A DNA stretch of 64,000 nucleotides. Source: Alphaproteobacteria bacterium. Its GTDB lineage: Bacteria; Pseudomonadota; Alphaproteobacteria; SP197. Within the stretch, counting starts at the first letter, position 1, and every line of letters starts with the position of its first letter. The position numbers and the translations under genes were made by a program. The DNA lies in the NCBI GenBank assembly GCA_964291415.2, contig OZ219918.1, positions 960,001-1,024,000 of the forward strand, read 5' to 3'. Positions 18,889 to 28,659 of this stretch are shown piece by piece. A model generated the notes under the pieces. It did not search any database. It saw nothing but the letters and a program-made list of their open reading frames with translations, and was not told the DNA's origin.

Positions 18889-20375
18889 ATGCATGACCGC
18901 AGGAAGTTTCTGGCCATGACCGGAGCCGCTCCGCTTGTTGTCCGCCCGCTCGGCGCCTCGCAAATGGAAGACTCCTTCGATGCCGCCCTTGCCGGGGACC
19001 GCCGGTTGCTGGGCTGGGCAACGCCGCCCGTTGATGACTTCGAACCACGGTCGCTGGAGACCGAGGGCACGTGGCCCGCCGACCTCCGGGGAACGTTCCG
19101 GCGCATCGGTCCGGCAGCTCACTCCCGACACGGCCTGCGCTACCGTCACTGGTTCGATGCCGACGGCATGATCCAGGAGTTCCGTCTCGACGGCAGCGGC
19201 GTCACCCACAGGGGACGCATGCTCAAGACACCGAAACTCGCCCTGGAGGACCGGGAAGGAAAGCGCCTGCTGCCCGCCTTCGGCACCCGTCCCGCTGGTG
19301 CCCGTACGGTACGCCGCGCCGATGACATGAATGTCGCCAACACGGCGCTTCTCGATCGCCAGGGCGAACTGCTGGCGCTCTGGGAAGGTGGATCGGCAAG
19401 CATCATTGACCGAGAATCCCTTTCCTGGGAGACCTTCAAGTCATGGGGCGAGGGGCTTGAGGGGCTGCCGTTTACCGCCCACCCCAAGGTCGAGCCGGAC
19501 GGAACGCTCTGGGCCTTCGGCCTCGTTTCCATCCCCTTTGGGGCGTTGGTGCTCTACCACATCCCGGCGAACGGCGCGGCGGCCAGGGCAGAGGTGGTTC
19601 CGCTGGAGCAACCGGGATTCGTGCACGATTTCGTGGTCACAAGAGACTATCTCGTCATCGTCGTGCCGCCCTTTGTCTACAACCCGGATGTGGGGGGCAC
19701 CTATCTCGACGGCCATGCGTGGAAACCCGAACTCGGCTCGCGCGTCCTCGTGGTGCGCAAGGACGACTTTTCCGCCAGGCGCTGGATCCAGCTTCCGGCG
19801 GCTTTCGGCTTTCATCATGGCAACGGCTGGAACGAGGATGACGGAACCATCCACTTCGACATCTTTCTTGCCGATGATCCCTCGCTTCTCGAGGACGCCT
19901 TCACCAAAGTCATGGACGGACTCCTTGTCGATGCGTCGGTCCCGCGTTTCACCAGGATCGTGCTCCGCCCCGACGGCTCGTTCGCGATTGCCGGGGACGG
20001 CGGCGGGGGGATTTCCCGACGATCAACCCGGCGAGAGTGTCGCGGCGTCATCGGTATCTCTACAGCGTCTCCTCGATGTCAGGCACACCCGCCTGGTTGC
20101 CCGGAGCGCTTGAGAAGAGGGACCTCGAATCGGACCGCCTGGAGCGCTTCGATCCCGGCGCGGGAATCCAGATCGAGGAACACCTCTTCATCCCCTTTCG
20201 GAATGCGACGAAGGAGGACGACGGCTGGCTCATCGGTTCCTTCCTGGAGAGTTCGACGGCGCGGAGCGGCGTGGCCGTGTTCGATGCCAGGGGTGTGGCG
20301 GACGGCCCACTCGCGCGGGCATGGCTGCCATTCCCGCTGCCGCTCGGATTTCACGGGCAGTTCAGCCCTGCCTGA
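18889..20375 (+). pseudogene. Carotenoid/lignostilbene oxygenase family (RPE65) protein with Tat signal; frameshifted at a G6 run (20005-20010)
   Basis: RRKFL, HWFDADG, NVANT, FTAHPKVE, FVHDF, FHHGN; resumes in the -1 frame DFPTINP...EEHLFIP...PLGFHG. Confidence 0.85.
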
Positions 20376-20418
20376 CCGAGGGCAAGGACCGCACCCAGGG
20401 AGCCGCGGCGTCACCGTG

Positions 20419-21699
20419 TCAGGTGTTCGGCAGCGTGATCTGGACCCTGAGGCCGCCGAGCGGTGAGCTGGCAAGGATGATGTCGCCGCCGTGGCCCCTG
20501 ACGACGTCGCCGGCGATGGTGAGGCCCAGGCCACCGCCACTCAGGTTGGGGTCACGGGAGGAGTCGAGCCTGACAAAGGGCTGGAAGGCCTCCTGCCGGG
20601 ATGCTTCAGGAATGCCCGGTCCATCATCGTCAAGGGTGACGATGATGGAGCCGTCCCTGGCGCATCCCTCCAGAACGGTCCGGTGTCCGTACCGGCAGGC
20701 GTTGTCGACGATGTTGGTGAGGCAGCGTTTCATGGCGCCCTGCCGGCCGACAAACGGCAGGGAATCCGTCACCTGGATTTCGACCGGGGACGGGGCCTCC
20801 GATGCCACCTCGTGGATCACCGTGGCGAGATCGAACTCCCCGGAAGCCTCCTCCCCCTGGCCTCTCGCAAAGGCGAGGTAGACATCGATCATGTGCTCCA
20901 TTTCCTCGATGTCACGCTTCAGGTTCGCCACTTCCTCGGTGTCGCCGAGGAGGGCGAGTTCCAGCCTCATGCGCGTCAGGGGGCTGCGAAGGTCATGGCT
21001 GACCGAGGCCAGCATGATCGTACGCTGCTGGATCTGCCGGCGAATCCGTTCGCGCATGGCGAGAAACGCATGGGCGGCCCGACGCACCTCGGCCGCTCCG
21101 GAGGGTCTGAAGTTGACGTCGATGATACCGCGCCCGAATTGCTCGGCGGCCTTGGCAAGCCGGTTGATCGGGCGGATCTGCTGGCGCACGAAGTAGGCGG
21201 CGATGAGGGTCAGCGCCAGGGAGGTTCCCAGCATCCAGTAGATGAAGAGGTCCGTTGTCCGGCTTTCCATTCTCTTCTTCGGAATGGTGATCACCAGCAG
21301 ACCGTCCGGCAACTCGATGCTGACAATGGTGTCGGGCGAACGGAAGGTGTCGATGGCGAAGGGCGTGGAAAGCCCGCCGAGAGCCTGCGCGAGGTGCCGT
21401 TCGACCCGCGTCGGCCTGCGGGCGAGACTCCTTTCGGGCAGTCTGCCACCGGGCAGAAACTGCGAAGAAAACTGGAAGAAGTCCCCTTCGATGACAACAG
21501 CTTCGTCGACATCAGGACTGTTGTACATCCAGATCAGCGCGTCGATCTCGTCAGCCACGGCGGCCGTCAGGTACTGCGTGACGTTCTCCCAGTGCCTCTC
21601 GTAGAAGACGATGGCGAGCACGATCTGAAGAATGACGAGAGGCACCAGAACGATGAGCAGGGAGCGGACGAAAATGGATTTCGGCAGCCAGCGCTTCAT
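20419..21699 (-). CDS. EnvZ-like sensor histidine kinase
   Basis: HAMP region, SVSHDLRSPLTR, NIVDNA, DDDGPGIP, GLGL. Confidence 0.93.
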   Translation of the reverse strand: MKRWLPKSIFVRSLLIVLVPLVILQIVLAIVFYERHWENVTQYLTAAVADEIDALIWMYNSPDVDEAVVIEGDFFQFSSQFLPGGRLPERSLARRPTRVERHLAQALGGLSTPFAIDTFRSPDTIVSIELPDGLLVITIPKKRMESRTTDLFIYWMLGTSLALTLIAAYFVRQQIRPINRLAKAAEQFGRGIIDVNFRPSGAAEVRRAAHAFLAMRERIRRQIQQRTIMLASVSHDLRSPLTRMRLELALLGDTEEVANLKRDIEEMEHMIDVYLAFARGQGEEASGEFDLATVIHEVASEAPSPVEIQVTDSLPFVGRQGAMKRCLTNIVDNACRYGHRTVLEGCARDGSIIVTLDDDGPGIPEASRQEAFQPFVRLDSSRDPNLSGGGLGLTIAGDVVRGHGGDIILASSPLGGLRVQITLPNT

Positions 21700-22376
21700 G
21701 AGGTCACCAGGACATAGCCCTTGCCGCGAATGGTCCTGAGATACTGCGGCTCGCCCGGGTTGTGCTCGATCTTGCGTCGCAGGCGGGACACCTGCACGTC
21801 GATCGTGCGTTCGGCGGCAATGGTTTTCTGGGCCAGCCGGAAGCGCGACATGGTGACGCCCGGTGATCCGGCGAAGACCGCGAGCAGGGAGGTTTCGCTG
21901 TCGGTCAGCGGTACCGGGCGACCGCCTCGGAAGAGTTCGAGTCGGCCCCGGTCAAACGTGAAGGGCCCGAAGGCGAGGACACCGGATTGTTCCGGGGGTG
22001 GCGGAACGAGACGCAGGGCGTTGCGCATGCGCAGGACGAGTTCACGTGGCTCGAACGGTTTGGAGAGGTAGTCGTCCGCACCGACTTCGAGTCCGGCCAC
22101 GCGGTCATCGGCCATGTCGCGGGCGGTGAGCATGATGATCGGTATCCCCGCACCCTGCCTGATGCGGCGGGTGAAACTCATGCCGTCCTCGCCGGGCATC
22201 ATGACGTCGACGATCATGAGATCGAAGACCAGCGACTTGAGCTTGGCCTCGGCATCGGCGGCACTGCTTGCCGTGCTCACCAGGAACCCCTGGGCCATGA
22301 GGTACTTTTGCAGGCGCGCCCGCAGGCGCTGGTCGTCATCGATAACGAGGATGTGGGGACCGTCCGGGTTCATCAC
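21696..22376 (-). CDS. OmpR-family response regulator (PetR-like)
   Basis: LVIDDD, DVMMPGEDG, GADDYLSKPF, RTIDVQVSRLRRKIE. Confidence 0.93.
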   Translation of the reverse strand: MMNPDGPHILVIDDDQRLRARLQKYLMAQGFLVSTASSAADAEAKLKSLVFDLMIVDVMMPGEDGMSFTRRIRQGAGIPIIMLTARDMADDRVAGLEVGADDYLSKPFEPRELVLRMRNALRLVPPPPEQSGVLAFGPFTFDRGRLELFRGGRPVPLTDSETSLLAVFAGSPGVTMSRFRLAQKTIAAERTIDVQVSRLRRKIEHNPGEPQYLRTIRGKGYVLVTS

Positions 22377-22837
22377 CCGCCGTCATCGTCGATGATGCCA
22401 CCGAGCACGCGGCGATATCCGGCGACCGCATCGGGTCCCGCCTCCCGCCACGCCTTGGCGATACGGGCACGCTGGTCGGCCGTGAGTCGCGCCTCGAGCT
22501 CGATCCCCCGTTCGGTGAGGTAAAGGAGGCGCCTCCGGCGGTCTTCCTGGCAGTGTCGCTGCTCGACGAATCCCTTGGTCACGACCTTGCGAAGCACCCG
22601 TGCCAGACTCTGCTTGGTGATCTTCAGGATGGCGAGAAGATCCTTGACGGTCATTCCCGGATGGCGGCCGACGAAGTAGATGACCCTGTGATGGGCGCGT
22701 CCCAGACCGTGTTCGGCGAGAATGGCGTCGGGCCTGGCGGTGAAGTCGCGGTAGGCAAAGTACAGCATCTCGATCCCTTCGCGCAGATCGGCGTCGCGCA
22801 GGAACAGGGGATTCGGTCCGCGTGTTATGTCAGCCAT
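22373..22837 (-). CDS. MarR family regulator (PetP-like)
   Basis: LYFAYRDF, GRAHHRVIYFV, ITKQSLARVL. Confidence 0.9.
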   Translation of the reverse strand: MADITRGPNPLFLRDADLREGIEMLYFAYRDFTARPDAILAEHGLGRAHHRVIYFVGRHPGMTVKDLLAILKITKQSLARVLRKVVTKGFVEQRHCQEDRRRRLLYLTERGIELEARLTADQRARIAKAWREAGPDAVAGYRRVLGGIIDDDGG

Positions 22838-22846
22838 ATTGACATA
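22826..22846. promoter_or_regulatory. Inverted repeat TATGTCA-N7-TGACATA over the marR start codon; putative autoregulatory operator
   Basis: Perfect 7-bp arms read directly. Confidence 0.6.
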
Positions 22847-22920
22847 TATGACGAACCGGTCTACCGGGACAAGGGGTTGCAACGGCAGGCGGCAGAGATT
22901 CCCCGAGTCAAAGAGGAGCC

Positions 22921-23799
22921 ATGGCTGAACTCATCCCGTTCGATGACAGGGACGGCACGATCTGGTTCGACGGCAGGCTGATCGACTGGCGTGATGCCAG
23001 GGTCCATGTCCTGACCCACGGACTTCACTATGCGAGCAGCGTGTTCGAGGGCGAGCGCTGCTACGGCGGCAGGATCTTTCATGCGCGCGAGCATGGAGAG
23101 CGTCTTCTGCGCTCCGCCAGGATCATGGGGTTCGACCTGCCGTATTCGATCGAGACGCTGGAGGCAGCCCGCTACGAGGTGCTCCGCGCCAACGGCATTG
23201 TCGACGGATACGTGCGTCCGGTGGCCTGGCGCGGCAGTGAGATGATGGGCGTGTCGGCCCAGCAGAACACCATCCACGTGGCGATCGCAGCATGGGAATG
23301 GCCGAGCTACTTCTCCGAGGAGGCGCGCATGCGTGGCATCCGCCTCGCCATTTCCGATTGGCGCCGGCCAGCCCCCGACACCGCTCCGGTTCACGCGAAG
23401 GCCGCCGGTCTCTACATGATCTGCACGCTCGCCAAGCACAAGGCAGAGCGCGAGGGCTTCGACGACGCGCTGATGTACGATTACCGCGGATTCCTGGCCG
23501 AAGCGACCGGCGCTAACCTGTTCCTGGTGATCGACGACAAGATCCACACGCCGACGCCTGACTGTTTCCTTGACGGCATCACCCGCCGTTCGGTGATTGC
23601 CCTGGCGCGGCGCCAGGGAATCGAGGTTGTCGAACGCCACCTCACCGACGACGACCTCGCCCAGGCGACGGAGGTCTTCATCACGGGCACGGCCGCCGAG
23701 GTCACGCCGGTCGGCCAGATCGGCGACCTGCATTTCCAGCCGGGCCGCATGTGCCGCACTCTCATGCAGGACTTCGACGCCGAAGTCAGAAGCGGCTGA
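22921..23799 (+). CDS. ilvE: Branched-chain amino acid aminotransferase
   Basis: HGLHYASSVFEG, KAAGLY, EATGANLF, LDGITR, TGTAAEVTP. Confidence 0.95.
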   Translation: MAELIPFDDRDGTIWFDGRLIDWRDARVHVLTHGLHYASSVFEGERCYGGRIFHAREHGERLLRSARIMGFDLPYSIETLEAARYEVLRANGIVDGYVRPVAWRGSEMMGVSAQQNTIHVAIAAWEWPSYFSEEARMRGIRLAISDWRRPAPDTAPVHAKAAGLYMICTLAKHKAEREGFDDALMYDYRGFLAEATGANLFLVIDDKIHTPTPDCFLDGITRRSVIALARRQGIEVVERHLTDDDLAQATEVFITGTAAEVTPVGQIGDLHFQPGRMCRTLMQDFDAEVRSG

Positions 23800-23852
23800 C
23801 GGCGCCTGTCTTTCCGCCGCACGCGACTCCAGTTGAGGTGCGAGCGTCCCGC

Positions 23853-24190
23853 CTACCTCCCTGACCAGGGATCGAGGATCTCGACTCCGGTGACCTCGAA
23901 ATCGGCAACATTTCCCGTCACCACCATCGTTCGTCGGATGATCACGGTTGCCGGGTTCAAAACACCTCGTTCGGGCTTTGGGTCGAGCATATGCAGGTGA
24001 CTGACGTCGACGGTGGAATCGACCGGCGGTACATGTTTGTCGAGTCCCGGCAGGACATGACAGTCCATCCATGCCCGGAGGCGTTACCCTTGATGCCGAA
24101 GGTCACGTTGCTCAAGTCGAAGCATGACGCATGAGTGTGAGCCCGAGATGCAGGAACGTCTTGCATCCCACCCGGAGGCTCGTATTGCAT
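23853..24190 (-). pseudogene. Decayed VapC PIN toxin (middle and C-terminal part)
   Basis: RLEQRD..QG*RLRAWMDCHVLP...LHMLDPKPER...VVTGNVADFEVTGVEILDPW with an in-frame stop. Confidence 0.75.
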
Positions 24191-24235
24191 ATCCGGCCAA
24201 ACTGACCAAGACTGGGGAAGATTCTGAGGGGGGGC

Positions 24236-24370
24236 ATGCAACCCTGAGCGCCAGGTATGGTTCCGGTTGGCTGATCGGCCTTGTCCCGGCCAAGTCTTTC
24301 GCGGTAGCCAAGCATGGAAGGCCGGTCGTTGTCGTGCTTTCGCTGGTAGTATAGAGCGGTACGCAACGGC
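24236..24370 (+). pseudogene. Decayed Phd/YefM antitoxin
   Basis: MQ-TLSA-RYG.G.LI.L....AVAKHGRPVVVVLS with frameshift and stop. Confidence 0.6.
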
Positions 24371-24382
24371 CATGAGGAGTGC

Positions 24383-24577
24383 GAGGGTGCTTGGAGAATC
24401 GATGCCGAGGACATCAAGGCACGCGGTTACAACCTTGACATCAACAATCCTCATTTCGAAAGAGAAGACCACGCAGACCCCGAAGCACTCCTGGCGGAGT
24501 TGAATGCCGCCGAAGCTGATGTGACAGCGGTGCGTGGCCAGTCAAAAGATGTCTTGGCGACGGCCCTGCTTCGATGA
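24383..24577 (+). pseudogene. C-terminal remnant of type I R-M methyltransferase HsdM
   Basis: AWRIDAEDIKARGYNLDINNPH..EDHADPEALLAEL. Confidence 0.75.
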
Positions 24578-24622
24578 CGTGGAGAATTGGTATCGATTGC
24601 CGCCGCAACCGGAGATTTGGCC

Positions 24623-24934
24623 ATGCATGCTGCCATCGCTGGAAAGAAGGACGAACTAGGTGAGCTCTGCCGTCAACACGGTGTGGTTCGTCTGGAAGTG
24701 TTCGGTTCCGCTGCACGCGGTGCGGATTTCGATCCGAAATCTAGCGATGCGGACTTTCTCGTGGAATTCAGGCTCGACGGCGACCGTGCACCGCTCCGGC
24801 AATACTTCGACTTTGCCGAGGCATTGCGCCGTATCTTGGGTCGGCCCGTCGATCTGATTGAAGCGGACGCGATCCAGAATCCGTACCTGCGCGCAACCAT
24901 CGACAAGTCGCGCGAACTTGTCTATGCATCCTGA
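24623..24934 (+). CDS. Minimal nucleotidyltransferase (MNT/MntA) antitoxin
   Basis: FGSAARG.DFDP.SSDADFLVEF, GRPVDLI, NPYLR. Confidence 0.9.
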   Translation: MHAAIAGKKDELGELCRQHGVVRLEVFGSAARGADFDPKSSDADFLVEFRLDGDRAPLRQYFDFAEALRRILGRPVDLIEADAIQNPYLRATIDKSRELVYAS

Positions 24935-25280
24935 CCCCCGCATCCTGCTGGCGGATGTTGATCGCGCGGCCGCCGACATCACGCGCTTTACTGAAGGCAT
25001 GGACTGCAAGACTTACGTTGGGGACGCCCTGACGCAAGCCGCGGTCGAGCGCAAGTTCGAGATCATTGGCGAGGCCCTGAATCGTCTGCATCAAACCTGC
25101 CCCGAAGTAGCCGAACGAATTCCTCCGTTGCGCGAGGTTATCGACTTCCGCAACCTGTTGATCCATGGCTATGCGGTCGTGATTCCCGAGCGCGTATGGG
25201 ATTATGCCCAGAATGACCTCCCGGGATTACACCGGGTGGTGCAGGCATTGCTCGCCGAAATGGACACCCCGAAGGTATGA
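24924..25280 (+). CDS. HEPN (DUF86/HepT) RNase toxin
   Basis: AVERKFEIIGEA, RNLLIHGY (RX4HXY); overlaps the MNT gene. Confidence 0.9.
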   Translation: MHPDPRILLADVDRAAADITRFTEGMDCKTYVGDALTQAAVERKFEIIGEALNRLHQTCPEVAERIPPLREVIDFRNLLIHGYAVVIPERVWDYAQNDLPGLHRVVQALLAEMDTPKV

Positions 25281-25500
25281 ATGCCAAATGCCTGCTTGCA
25301 CTCAGCAAGCGGATGGCCGAGACGCCCGACGCGGTTCCCTACTCCCGGCGTTTGGTGCTCAACCTTGCTGTGAGGGGCGGATGGTCGAGCAGAATGCGAC
25401 GGATGAAACTGTGGCGGAATTGTGGAATCGATTTGCGGCAGAAAGGGGACGCCTGGCGAAGTCGGGCAAGTTCAAGGGGCGAATACTCTCCAACAAGGCT
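25277..25500 (+). pseudogene. N-terminal remnant of type I R-M specificity subunit HsdS
   Basis: MNAKCLL...PDAVP..RRLVLNLAVRG, then frameshift to VEQNATDETVAEL. Confidence 0.6.
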
Positions 25501-25802
25501 CCGTCGTCTGCAAGAAGTCGCGTACTCTGAGTTGGCAGCACAGATGAGGCCGGGAGCCTCAGCCACAAAAGCATTGGTCTGTGCGCAGGTGTGCGCCGTT
25601 GCAGGTGGCGAAATGTGCACGGGCAGTGAGCAAAAGTCTATGAGAACCGGGGTTGCCGCCCGAGGGCGTTGCGGTAATAGGCAAGAATGGCCAGACTTCC
25701 TCTTCCACGAAGCGCCACGCCGCAAGTCCTTGTAAGCAGCCTTCCATACAGACGAAAATTCTGAAACGACGCGCAAAACTGAACCGCTGACCACGAGCAG
25801 TA

Positions 25803-26582
25803 TCAAGGCAGAAATTGATCGGACAAGGGAATCAAGCCCTCAAATGCTACGAATATCCCATGGCCGCGGTACAAGGGCAGTGTCGGAACCTTGTTTGACG
25901 CACTGCAGGAATCTCCCGAATTCGCGACGGCAACGGAGGCAAAGTGACCGACAGCACTAAGTCGCGCGCAGTTTGCAGCGATGTCGGCAATGTTGTCCGG
26001 CATGGTTGCTTTCCTTTCCGGAAACCTTACACATCGAACGACGATCCACTCCGGGCCATTGTCACCAACAAACCATATTGACGGATTGACTTGAGGATTG
26101 CCCTGTGACGACATCAATTCGCGCCCAAGTTCCTTGGCAACATGGTCACGAACGACCTGAACCGCGAAGTCGTGCACTTCCCAATCGGTCATCTCGACCT
26201 TCTCCTCTGAGATGAGCGCGGTCGGGTCAATCGATCTGCCGGTTGTCGCATGGATCAGACCCCAGCCAGGAACTGGCGGACTCCACGTCGACCCAATGCA
26301 CCGCATAGGCATTCTGCATGGAATGCCGTTGCAGCCTTCGGCGATTATCCGGAAACCATCAGCATTTCCTGGCCCCGTGACGCGTCCATCCACATCCTCA
26401 ATGCGGATAAAGTAGAGTTGGTTTCCCATTCGAAACGATAGGTGTTCAAGGAATGGCGGAGTCAGGTCGGCTTTCAGCCAACCGAGCTGACCGTCTCCCG
26501 TCCTGGCTTGAAGATGCCTCCCGGCCGCTTGCCAGCACTGGGAAAACTCCTTCGACACTTCGTGCATTTCAATATCGAACAT
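25803..26582 (-). CDS. Hypothetical protein, lower GC than the backbone
   Basis: Intact 259-aa ORF with GGAGG RBS; motifs PPFLEHLSFR.GNQL, GWGL, EMTDWEVHDFAVQVVR, PLYRGHG. Confidence 0.75.
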   Translation of the reverse strand: MFDIEMHEVSKEFSQCWQAAGRHLQARTGDGQLGWLKADLTPPFLEHLSFRMGNQLYFIRIEDVDGRVTGPGNADGFRIIAEGCNGIPCRMPMRCIGSTWSPPVPGWGLIHATTGRSIDPTALISEEKVEMTDWEVHDFAVQVVRDHVAKELGRELMSSQGNPQVNPSIWFVGDNGPEWIVVRCVRFPERKATMPDNIADIAANCARLSAVGHFASVAVANSGDSCSASNKVPTLPLYRGHGIFVAFEGLIPLSDQFLP

Positions 26583-27225
26583 CGTTCCCACCTCCAGGGG
26601 TGCTTATGTCATCAACAGGCCCGTAGCGCGACTGACCTCCAGCCTATGGTTCATAACGGATTTCTGGGCGTCAAAAGGATTGAGGTTCTCAGCGACAGGG
26701 ACTGACGCCCCGCCGTTCAACGACCGGAAGCGGTACTCCGAGAACTCGCTCCACCTTGCCATTACCGTCATGCTCGTGTCGGTGATCACCAAGCTGCCCG
26801 GACACAGACTACGATCCACCTTTTGCCGCGTCGATTCCCGCTGGCTGCCGGTGGTTTGGCTCTGATCGGCACAAAGCGCTCGGCAAAGCAGACCGCGGCC
26901 TGGAGACATGACGGCCAAGCGATACACGGGACCATCGGTCGAGACTTCACTACAAAGAGATCCTGGGAAGTACATACTCAGTCAATCGATATCAACGTTT
27001 GAGCTATGGCACCAAATTCATCTTTGAGGGTTTCGAATCGGTGTTTCGCTTCTCGATCGGTGAAGTTTGTCTTTGGATGCTCCTGAAGGAATTGTATTTC
27101 CAATTGAACAAGTCGCTGCTCAACCTGTTGACGACATTCGGAAATCCAATGTTGTGTACATCCCCAGTTACGCCCAACAACAAGCAAGGTGCGCGTTCTG
27201 ACCATACGGGCGTCCGGCAGAAGCA

Positions 27226-27507
27226 TCAGGCAAGGTCGGCCTCATGGGACCTGATTCGGGCACGGTGCGGATCGAATTCGATATCGGCCAGTCCTGGCAA
27301 CGACAGTGCATCCACTAGACTGCGACGCTGACCGGAAAACCGTCTGTAGTTCTCCATGCTGAGCAGCACGTGCGTGGGCTTGCCCCGATCGGTGATGAAC
27401 ACCGGGCCTGAGAGCGCAGCTCTCTTTGCGCCTGCCACGTCCTGATTGAAGGTTCGGCTGGTCACGGTGGTAATGGTCGAGGCGGGACCGGACTTCCCTT
27501 TAGCCAT
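27226..27507 (-). CDS. Phd/YefM antitoxin (cognate vapC disrupted)
   Basis: SRTFNQD..AKRAA..GPVFITDRGKPTHVLLS.E.Y. Confidence 0.88.
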   Translation of the reverse strand: MAKGKSGPASTITTVTSRTFNQDVAGAKRAALSGPVFITDRGKPTHVLLSMENYRRFSGQRRSLVDALSLPGLADIEFDPHRARIRSHEADLA

Positions 27508-27510
27508 GTC

Positions 27511-27530
27511 ACTGCATTAGGAAATGTAGT
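27511..27530. promoter_or_regulatory. Near-perfect palindrome ACTGCATT-N4-AATGTAGT just upstream of phd; putative TA operator
   Basis: 7 of 8 arm positions complementary. Confidence 0.45.
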
Positions 27531-27699
27531 CCGGGACATCAAGGCCCACGGTCAAGGGACCATGACACAACGTCCCGGCGCCTGGCGGCAACAGGGGAGG
27601 ATGACGCTACAAGGGCGTCATTCGTTTCACGGCAACGGAGCGAGCCCGACCATGACACGGGGAAGCGTCGCTGTTGTCGGCATGCGACAACGGTGAGAT

Positions 27700-28455
27700 A
27701 TGGAGCCAGATCGGGTCACTGCGTTGTTTTTCGAACTGTTCAGCGGGCTGCCCAGGCAGGGACCGGGAAGCGCGGCGGACACGCGACGCGCCCTCGCGTT
27801 CGTGCCGGACGTTGGGTCGCGGACACGCATTCTCGACATCGGTTGCGGGACGGGTGGCCAGACACTGGTGCTGGCCGCGTCGTCGCCCGCGCGCATCGTG
27901 GCGGTCGACACTCATCCGCCGTTCATCGATGCGCTGAACCGGGAGGCCCGCCGGCTGGGCATCGAGGATCGGCTGCAGGCGTGCGTGGCGGACATGCGCA
28001 ATCTGGATTTCGCCGACGGTTCCTTCGATCTCATCTGGTGCGAGGGCGCCATCTACAACGTCGGGGTCGAAAGGGGACTTGGCGACTGGCGGAGATTGCT
28101 GTCACCCAACGGGTACATCGCGCTGAGCGATGCGTGCTGGCGGAAACCCTCGCCACCTGCTGAATGCGCGGCGTTCTGGAACCGGGAGTATCCGGCAATC
28201 CGCAGCACGTCCGCGCTCCTGGAAGCCGTCGAAGCGTGCGGCTACACGATTGTGGCGCACTTTCCGCTTTCCGACTCGGCGTGGTGGGACGACTACTATC
28301 GGCCGCTGCAGGACAACATCAACGCATTCCGCGAACGTCACCGCGGTGCGCCGGACGCACAGGAACTGGCGGATCAATGCCAGCACGAAATCGACATCTG
28401 GCATGCTCATTCGGAGTTCTACGGCTACGAGTTTCTGGTGCTGCAGGCCCGTTGA
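27700..28455 (+). CDS. Class I SAM-dependent methyltransferase
   Basis: LPRQGPGS, ILDIGCGTG, FDLIWCEGAIY. Confidence 0.88.
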   Translation: MEPDRVTALFFELFSGLPRQGPGSAADTRRALAFVPDVGSRTRILDIGCGTGGQTLVLAASSPARIVAVDTHPPFIDALNREARRLGIEDRLQACVADMRNLDFADGSFDLIWCEGAIYNVGVERGLGDWRRLLSPNGYIALSDACWRKPSPPAECAAFWNREYPAIRSTSALLEAVEACGYTIVAHFPLSDSAWWDDYYRPLQDNINAFRERHRGAPDAQELADQCQHEIDIWHAHSEFYGYEFLVLQAR

Positions 28456-28659
28456 AACAGGCATCCGTGGGAGGGACATGGATGTTCGGGAAGGGGCGGG
28501 CCCGGAAGCCGTCATTCAACCGGTCGGCAGGTCGTTCCCTGTCCCGGCAAGCTGTGGCATCGTCATCGAGGTGTGGGCCTTGACCCGGCGGCCACCCCTG
28601 CGTGAATCCTTGAACTTCCGGAAGGGCGCCCTTGCTGTCGGTCGTGGGGCGAGAGTCCT

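Noticed and set aside
26604-27190. Short lower-GC ORFs (123 and 82 aa)
   Set aside because: No recognisable motifs; probably gene debris
27539-28583. 11-bp inverted repeat tcaaggcccac / gtgggccttga around the methyltransferase
   Set aside because: Too short, no transposase or target duplication; compatible with chance
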